From: an uncultured Holophagales bacterium
GTDB taxonomy: Bacteria; Acidobacteriota; Thermoanaerobaculia; Multivoradales; UBA5704
Direction of reading: 5' to 3'
DNA: 64,000 bases
Assembly: GCA_963842525.1 (NCBI GenBank)
Contig: CAWJGT010000021.1
Span: forward strand, 34,716 to 98,715
Part shown: one piece after another, positions 58,147 through 64,000 of the stretch
How the letters are laid out: the number at the start of each line of letters is the position of its first letter
Numbering within the stretch: the stretch's first letter is position 1
Program-made: the position numbers and the translations under genes
Notes under the pieces: generated by a model
Told to the model about the DNA's origin: nothing
What the model saw: the letters and a program-made list of their open reading frames with translations, nothing else
Databases searched by the model: none

Positions 58147-59630
58147 GCGAGCACCCCCACCTTGCCTTGGAGCTGTTGGAAGAACGGCGCCAGGTCCGCC
58201 GGTGAGTAGCCATCGATCTGCTGGAACACCAGGGCTTCGTGCGTGCGGAACCGCCGCTTCTGCGGGTTGTCGGGCCCGGCCACGAAGACCCCCCGCGCCC
58301 CAATCGGCCGGGTACGGCCGTAGGCGGCGCTCTTCTGCACCTCCCGCAGCTTCTGGCGCAGCCACAGCTCGCTGCCGGCGCCGTAATAGAGGAGGACGGC
58401 GTCGCAGAGGGCCAGGCTCTCCTCATGGTCCCGCCGCACCATGGCCTCATCGCCTTCGAACACCGGCAGGATGACCTCATGGCCCAGGCCGAAGAGGTGG
58501 TCCTCCAGGGCTGCCGTCTGGTCGAGGTCGCGTTGGTCGCAGATGAGATAGATGCGTGTAGGCCCGCCATCCGCCGGCCGCTCGGGCGCCGCAGCGGCAG
58601 GCGCGAGCCGCCGGTGGAGGGCCACCTTGAAATCCTCGAGCGGCGTCTCCAGGAGGTCCGCACCGTTCTGCAGCCGGGAATCCGTCTGCAGATGCTGGAG
58701 GAAGCGCTGCTGCCGCTCGTCGCGGGTCTCCAGGCCGGGAGGGATCCAGATCAGCCGGGAGAAGCCGCCGGCGGATCCGCGCTCGATGGCCAGCTCGTGC
58801 TGGAGCGCCACGATCGACTCCGTCGCCCCCTCGGGCACCACGCCGTAGTTCTGGCCCACCATGTGGACCGAAAGGCTGCAGCGGCCGAGCTGCTCGCGTA
58901 CGAACGCCTCGCACTCGGGCCCATAGAGGGGCAGGGGCCGGTCGGGCAGCACCGTCCAGCCGTGCTCCTGCAGCTCGCGCTTGACCGTATCCCGTTGGTC
59001 CTTGAGATCGAAGCTCGCCTCGGCCAGATAGACCGCCCCGCGGCTGGGGCTGGCGGGGGCCTCCCCGGCGGCGTCCTGCTTTTCGAGGATCGACAACAGG
59101 TCGGAAATATCGTGGGCGAGGTCGTCGAGCCGCGTCCAGTAGTGGCGCTGGATCTCGGGGTCGGCGATCTGCGAGAGCTCCCGCTGCCGGCCGGTCTCGG
59201 GCTCCACGACGAAGAAGTCATAGCCCAGCAGATCCTGGAGCTCCGAGGGGTGCTGCTCCAAGGGAACCGGCGTCTTGACCACCTTGAACACCCGTGCCTT
59301 GTTGGCGACACGCACGCCGCCGGTGCTCTCCGAGGCGCGATAGAACTCCTCGACCTCGCGCAGGCACCAATCCGATTTGACGTAGCGGGGCGACAGGACC
59401 GAGACCAGCAAGGCGGTGTGGGGAAGCTTCTCGCACAGCTCGTCGGCGAAGTAGTCGTTGCCCTGGAGCTTGGGGTCGCGGAAGATCCTGGGCGGCTTGC
59501 CCAGGAGCTGGGCCAGGCGGACCTCCAGAGCGTGGTGGAAGGTCGAGATCCAGCCCTTCTGTCCCTCGGTCAACGCCTGATCGTCGATGTGGGCGTAGCT
59601 GAGGAAGACGTCGCTGTCGAATCCGTTCAT
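58143..59630 (-). CDS. TIR domain protein followed by two DUF4062-like (TIR-like) domains
   Basis: The TIR domain begins DVFLSYAHIDD...SVLSPRYVKSDWCLREVEEF. Two further Rossmann-like modules follow (AVYLAEASFDLKDQRDTVKRELQ...SLSVHMVGQNYG; RIYLICDQRDLDQTAALEDHL...CDAVLLYYGAGS). An alternative GTG start lies at 59636. Confidence 0.8.
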   Translation of the reverse strand: MNGFDSDVFLSYAHIDDQALTEGQKGWISTFHHALEVRLAQLLGKPPRIFRDPKLQGNDYFADELCEKLPHTALLVSVLSPRYVKSDWCLREVEEFYRASESTGGVRVANKARVFKVVKTPVPLEQHPSELQDLLGYDFFVVEPETGRQRELSQIADPEIQRHYWTRLDDLAHDISDLLSILEKQDAAGEAPASPSRGAVYLAEASFDLKDQRDTVKRELQEHGWTVLPDRPLPLYGPECEAFVREQLGRCSLSVHMVGQNYGVVPEGATESIVALQHELAIERGSAGGFSRLIWIPPGLETRDERQQRFLQHLQTDSRLQNGADLLETPLEDFKVALHRRLAPAAAAPERPADGGPTRIYLICDQRDLDQTAALEDHLFGLGHEVILPVFEGDEAMVRRDHEESLALCDAVLLYYGAGSELWLRQKLREVQKSAAYGRTRPIGARGVFVAGPDNPQKRRFRTHEALVFQQIDGYSPADLAPFFQQLQGKVGVLA

Positions 59631-59814
59631 CCTCACCTGACCGGCCTCACATAGGGACCGCCGTCGCCTGTCCGGCCGACGTTCATGTCACAAACCTCCG
59701 AAGCTCAAGGTTTGCAGTATCATAGATCATGCCTGCCCCCGTGAGTGGGGCGAGAATCAAGAAAAACCTGAAAGTGAAGGACTTGCGCCGCGTGGAGAGG
59801 CGACGCCGGCGGCC

Positions 59815-59863
59815 TGTGTCAGACCGTGTCAGATGTGTCAGGACATGTCGGCGTCATGTCGGC
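59815..59863. promoter_or_regulatory. Helically phased array of five TGTC(A/G)G repeats upstream of the TIR operon
   Basis: TGTC starts fall at 59817, 59827, 59836, 59847 and 59858, giving spacings of 10, 9, 11 and 11 nt. GACATGTC is palindromic, and a further CATGTCAC lies at about 59676. Confidence 0.45.
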
Positions 59864-59877
59864 ACGCCGTAGACCCG

Positions 59878-61957
59878 CTATTCGTCGTCCTGCGGCGGAA
59901 GATCGCTCTCCGGCTCGGACCGTTTCCGCCAGCGCCGCCAGTGCAGGACGAGCGCCCAGGGAACCAGGATCCACCAGCAGACGAGGACGGCCCACAGGCC
60001 GAAGGAGGGCCGGTTGGCCAGGGTCAGGAAGGTGTTGTTGCCGAAGACATTGTCGTTGACCAGATAGGTCCAGGTGGAGGAGGGACCCCGCAGCCCTTCA
60101 CGCTCCCAGTCGACGCCGTCCGCACTCCTGGAGCTCGCAGCGCTGGTGCTCGAGAAGCTGCCAGTAGGTGAGCAGCCGGGCACGGAGATCGCCGTGCTGG
60201 CCTTCGACGATGCGCTGCACGCGCGCCACCTCGCGCCGCACGGCCGGATGATCGACGGCCCGGTCCGCCTCTCCGGATTCACCGGCCGCGCGCAGTCCCT
60301 GCAGGAGCTTCGGCGGCAGCAGCCGCTCGATGCCGCAGCGTTGCAGCAGGCTGTCCTCCAGGCTGAGGATGAACCGGGACGAGCCGGGGTCGCCCTGGCG
60401 GCCGGCCCGGCCTCGCAACTGGTCGTCGATGCGCCGGCTCTCGTGGCGGTTGGTGCCGAAGATGTACAACCCGTCGAGGGCCATGACCGCCTCGCGCTGC
60501 AGCTCGCCCGCTCCCCCGAGCCGGATGTCGGTGCCGCGGCCCGCCATGTTGGTCGAGATCGTCACCGCGCCCAGGGCGCCTGCCTCGGCCACGATCTCGG
60601 CCTCCTCGGCATCGTTCCTGGCATTGAGCACGCGGCAGGCGATCCCGGCCTGGCGCAGGTCGGCGGCGAGGCCCTCCGACTCTTCGACGCTGACCGTGCC
60701 CACCAGGATCGGCCGGCCGGTGGCATGGGTGCGGGCGATCTCCTCCAGGAGGGCCCGCCGCTTCGCCTCCGTGGAGGCATAGATCACGTCGGGGTGATCG
60801 ACGCGGATGCACGGCCGGTGCGGTGGGATCGGCGCGACTGTCGAGGTTGTAGACGCTGGGCCAGCTCCGGTGGCGGCGGGCCGCGCCGTGGCGGTCATGC
60901 CGCAGAGCCGCGGATACTTCCGCAGGAAGTGCTGGACGGTGATCGAGCCGAGGATCTTGCCTTCCGGCTGCGCAGCGCAATCCTTCCTTGGCCTCCAACG
61001 CCGCCTGCAGACCGTCGGGCCAGTGGCGGTTCTCGGCGACGCGGCCGGTGAGCTCGTCGACCAGCTCGATCCGGCCGTCGCGGACGATGTAATCCACGTC
61101 GCGCCGCAGCAGGGCCTCGGCGTGCAGGGCGTTGCGCACCTCGGCGAGCAACCGCACGTTCTCGCCGACAAAAAGGTTTCCAGCAGCCGAGGAGCTTTTC
61201 GGCGCGGTGCACGCCGTGCTCGGTCAGGAAGATGTTGTGCGCGTACTCGTCCGTGTCGTAGTCGCTTTCCCGCTTCGAGCCGGCGGGCGATGCCGGCCAG
61301 GCGCTCGAGGTCGACGCCCGTCTCGTCGAGCGTGCCGGCAATGACCAGGGGGATGCGTGCCTCGTCGATGAGGATCGAGTCGGCCTCGTCCACCAGGCCG
61401 AGATGGAAAGGCCGGTGCACCTGCTGGCCGCGATCGAAGCAAAGGCCGTCGCGCAGGAGGTCGAATCCAGCTTCCTTGACCGTCAAGTAGGTGACATCGC
61501 AGCCGTAGGCCCGCTGCCGCTCGGCGGTCGAGAGCCCCTCCTGGACGCAGGCGACGGTGAGCCCAAGCCGTTCGTAGATAGGCCCCATCCAGGCGGCGTC
61601 GCGGCGGGCCAGGTAGTCGTTGTAGGTGAGGACGTGCACGCCGCGGCCGGTGAGCGCGTTGAGCACCACGGGAGCGACCGCCGCCAGCGTCTTGCCCTCG
61701 CCGGTCTGCATCTCCACCAGCTTGCCCTGATGCAAGGCGATGCCGGCGAGCATCTGGACGTCATAGGGCCGTTGGCCGAGCGCCCGCCGGGCGGTCTCGC
61801 GCACCAGCGCGAAGCAGTCCGGCAGGAGAGTGTCCAGCGGTGAGCCGTCGCGGGCCTGCCGGCGCAGGTCCCCAGCCCGGTTGCCCAGCTCCTGATCGCT
61901 GGCGCGGGCAAGATCCGCCTCCCTGGCGTTGATGGCGTCCAGCTCGGAGCTCGTCAA
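59878..61957 (-). pseudogene. SecA-family ATPase paralog with a C-terminal TM helix, disrupted by at least 6 frame changes
   Basis: The DEAD motor is intact at the N-terminus (MQTGEGKTLAAV, HVLTYNDYLARRD, LVDEADSILIDEARIPLVIAG). The PPXD and NBD2 pieces are scattered over three frames (SDYDTDEYAHNIFLTEHG; NLFVGENVRLLAEVRNALHAE...ALEAKEGL; KILGSITVQHFLRKYPRLCGMTATA; VYNLD; IPPHRP). The tail in ORF 59878-60282 ends with GLWAVLVCWWILVPWALVLHW. Confidence 0.75.
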
Positions 61958-62026
61958 GGATAGGGGCCTCTGCGGTGATCATACCCGCTTTCGGCTAGAA
62001 TCTCCGGATCTCGAAGGAGGAGAGCC

Positions 62027-62581
62027 ATGATCCGTTTCAGCCGCATGGGGCTCGCCGGCGCGGCGTTGCTCGTCCTGGCGCTGCCGGCCGTTGCGCAGCG
62101 CGAGATCCAGAAGCCGCGGGACAACTGGCAGCAGCCGGGCGAGATCCAGGTGCCGAAAGGCATCCAGGCGATCCGCGCTCAGGAGGAGCGGTGCAGCAAG
62201 CGCTTCCTGATGGTCTCGGATGCGCTCTTCGAATTCGACAAGGCCACGCTCTCGCCGGATGCCGAGGAGACCTTGCGGGCCCTGGTCCCCCTCCTCGCCA
62301 AGGCCGGCAAGCATCCGGCGACGATCGAAGGCCATACGGATGCCAAAGGCGCCGACGCCTACAATCAGACGCTGAGCGAGGCGCGGGCCCGGACGGTCAA
62401 GGACTGGCTCGTAGCCCAGGGGGCGCTCCCCGCGACGACGCCCACCCAGGGCTGGGGCGAGCAGCGCCCGGTCGCACCCAATGCCAAGCCGGACGGCTCG
62501 GACGATGCAGCCGGGCGCCAGAAGAACCGGCGGGTCGAGGTGGTGCTCGACCTCTGCGGCCAGGCGGGCCGGGCCCGGTAG
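62027..62581 (+). CDS. OmpA-family (OmpA_C-like) periplasmic/outer-membrane protein
   Basis: An AAGGAGGAGA SD and a signal peptide precede FEFDKATLSPDAEETL, IEGHTDAKGADAYNQTLSEARARTVKDWL and NRRVEVVL. Confidence 0.85.
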   Translation: MIRFSRMGLAGAALLVLALPAVAQREIQKPRDNWQQPGEIQVPKGIQAIRAQEERCSKRFLMVSDALFEFDKATLSPDAEETLRALVPLLAKAGKHPATIEGHTDAKGADAYNQTLSEARARTVKDWLVAQGALPATTPTQGWGEQRPVAPNAKPDGSDDAAGRQKNRRVEVVLDLCGQAGRAR

Positions 62582-62599
62582 TCGCTTCCGGGCGCCGCC

Positions 62600-64000
62600 T
62601 CAGGTTCCCGGAGCCGCGGTGACCTGGAACCGCCGCGCCGCGACGGCCTTGGCCTTGCCGGCGTCACCTCCCAGGCGCAGCTCCAGCAGGTAGCTCCCGG
62701 GCGGCAGGGAGCCGGTCCGCAGGCGCGCAGTCAGGAGATCGGGCTGACCGGCCTCGCCAGGGGTGATGGCGAGCAGCTCGACATCGCCGCCGGTCGCGGG
62801 TTTGCCCGCGGCGGTGAGGATGCGTCCCTTGACCCACGCGCCCTTGCCTGTGAAGCCGTGGCCGACGAGCAGGAGCTGTGCCTCGCCGGCCGCGGGAAGG
62901 TCGGCTTGCGCGGCCGGCAGCACCGCGCGGCCGTGGACGTCGAAGGCCCCCTCGGCCGAGCGCACGAGCAGCCAGGGATCGTTGGCCGGCGACAGGAAGA
63001 GGGCTTCGAGCCGGGGGTCGGGCTCGGCGGAGGTCTCGTCGAGGTGCAGGGGGACCGAGAGGAGAGACAGGCGCCCGTTGCCGCGGTCGCGGACCAGCAC
63101 GCGCAGGAGGTGCTGTCCCGGCGGAAGGTCGAGGTTACCGAGAACGCGCACGCCGCTCCGGGCAAGGCGGGTCCCGACCTTGGCCGGGTCGAGCTCCACG
63201 GCCTGCGCGAAAAAGTCGCTGCTGCTCCCCCTCTCGTCCAGGGCATAGCCGAAGACCTCGAGCCCGATCCGCGTCCCGGAGGAGAGGAGGCGCTGTCCCG
63301 GAATCTCGACCAGCACTGCCACGGAGGTGGACTGCGCGCCGGTCCGCAGCGGCACGGCGACGACCTCGACCCCCAGATCGTCCTGCTCCTCGTCCCCTGC
63401 CACCAGCCGGGCCGCTTCGGCGATCCGCTGGACATCCTTCTGCTTGCCGAACGGAAGAGGGGCGAAGAACCCGCCGCGGTGGTGGAGGCCGACGCCTCGG
63501 CCGGCGTTGCGGAGCCGCACCTTCAGGGTGTGATAGGCGCCGTCGGGCTTCACGTCGTCGGCCTGGACGGTGAGCACGTAGCTATGGGCGCTGCGCCGCA
63601 GCGCGCCGTCCAATCCCTGGGCGAGACGGTTCGTCCCCTCGACCAGCGTGCCGCCCGTCTCATTGGCGAGGAAGAAGAGCCCCTCGGAACGATCGTCGCT
63701 CCGCCGTACCCCCGCGAGGTCCACGGAATGGATAACCCAGCCCGAACGCCGCAGGTCCCCGAGCGTGGTTTCGAGCCTGTCGAGCAGATAGCTGCCGCCC
63801 ATGGTCGGGTCATCGATGTTCTGGGGAAAGTCGGTGGCGATGGACATGGGGAACCCGTCGCTGAAGAGGGTCAGGTACTTCCTGCCCACCACGGACCGCA
63901 GAACGTCGGCGAGGCCGGCCATACCCTCGGCCATGGTCGCGACGTGACTGCGCTGGCGGGCCTCGATGTGCGGCTTGTGGAGCACGGACGAGTGGGAAAG
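62600..64000 (-). CDS. VWA-domain protein of the acidobacterial VWFA-related type (5' end outside the window)
   Basis: The frame is open to base 64000. The end of a VWA fold is present (GRKYLTLFSDGF, HSVDLAGV, LFFLANETGGTL), followed by the beta-rich C-terminal domains typical of this family. Confidence 0.7.
   Translation of the reverse strand, partial: LSHSSVLHKPHIEARQRSHVATMAEGMAGLADVLRSVVGRKYLTLFSDGFPMSIATDFPQNIDDPTMGGSYLLDRLETTLGDLRRSGWVIHSVDLAGVRRSDDRSEGLFFLANETGGTLVEGTNRLAQGLDGALRRSAHSYVLTVQADDVKPDGAYHTLKVRLRNAGRGVGLHHRGGFFAPLPFGKQKDVQRIAEAARLVAGDEEQDDLGVEVVAVPLRTGAQSTSVAVLVEIPGQRLLSSGTRIGLEVFGYALDERGSSSDFFAQAVELDPAKVGTRLARSGVRVLGNLDLPPGQHLLRVLVRDRGNGRLSLLSVPLHLDETSAEPDPRLEALFLSPANDPWLLVRSAEGAFDVHGRAVLPAAQADLPAAGEAQLLLVGHGFTGKGAWVKGRILTAAGKPATGGDVELLAITPGEAGQPDLLTARLRTGSLPPGSYLLELRLGGDAGKAKAVAARRFQVTAAPGT

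Noticed and set aside
55006-59630. Classification of the TIR/STAND pair as Thoeris or as an Avs/AVAST-type system.
   Set aside because: No ThsA-like SIR2/SLOG/Macro partner is present. No nuclease or protease effector is fused to the STAND protein. The STAND protein has a TM helix and WD40 repeats rather than the TPR-type sensor arrays of Avs proteins. It is best left as an uncharacterised TIR-STAND-WD40 module.
59878-61957. Housekeeping secA.
   Set aside because: It lacks the canonical N-terminal segment and the zinc-finger tail, ends in a TM helix, and needs at least six frame corrections. It is treated as a decayed paralog. A canonical secA should exist elsewhere.
61990-62010. Possible sigma-70 promoter (TAGAAT at 61997-62002) upstream of the OmpA-family gene.
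   Set aside because: No acceptable -35 hexamer lies at 16-18 nt, and the promoter consensus for this phylum is uncertain.
1-64000. Prophage, integron, conjugative element, tRNA/rRNA genes or riboswitches.
   Set aside because: I saw no capsid, terminase, tail, integrase-attachment or relaxase-type translations. I saw no cloverleaf-like or rRNA-like conserved stretches in the intergenic regions. The TonB-dependent receptor has no leader region that could hold a riboswitch, since it starts 5 nt after the preceding gene.

Overview
High-GC segment (roughly 68-70% by eye), most likely from an Acidobacteriota chromosome. The evidence for that is two MacB/FtsX-like ADOP-type permeases (one preceded by PadR), a VWA protein of the acidobacterial type, and REP/RAYT debris. 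I recognised no rRNA, tRNA or CRISPR array.

Layout:
- 1-25 kb: envelope, signalling and housekeeping-type genes. These include a permease, a PQQ-like propeller, an ECF sigma/anti-sigma pair, a BNR propeller, a PDZ-TPR-CHAT protein, a membrane sulfatase-like enzyme, a BON protein, an L,D-transpeptidase-like protein, an RsbQ-like hydrolase with a PAS hybrid kinase, a DUF4143 ATPase, and an ECF sigma with a Ser/Thr kinase-TPR protein.
- 25-37 kb: a rearranging accessory island. It holds a Cys-rich secreted mini-protein and three tandem copies of an M14 peptidase-FN3-DNRLRE-like cassette, each damaged differently. It also holds two secreted proteins that share a nearly identical thrombospondin-type-3/Cys-rich C-terminus, and an IS110-family element inserted precisely into a REP unit next to a RAYT remnant.
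- 37-49 kb: small toxin-antitoxin-like modules, PadR with an ADOP permease, hydrolases, VapBC, a cytosolic PI-PLC-like protein, and a Uma2-like nuclease.
- 49.1-59.6 kb: the most interesting locus. It is a translationally packed four-gene minus-strand operon, in transcription order: TIR plus two DUF4062-like domains; a P-loop STAND NTPase-TM-coiled coil-WD40 protein; a TonB-dependent receptor; and a TLC/MFS-like-HEAT-cNMP-binding membrane protein. A multiply frameshifted SecA paralog lies upstream.

At least 12 frame disruptions are visible across the window. I cannot tell genuine pseudogenes from assembly indels without reads. Many long ORFs in the supplied track are high-GC shadow ORFs and are not reported.
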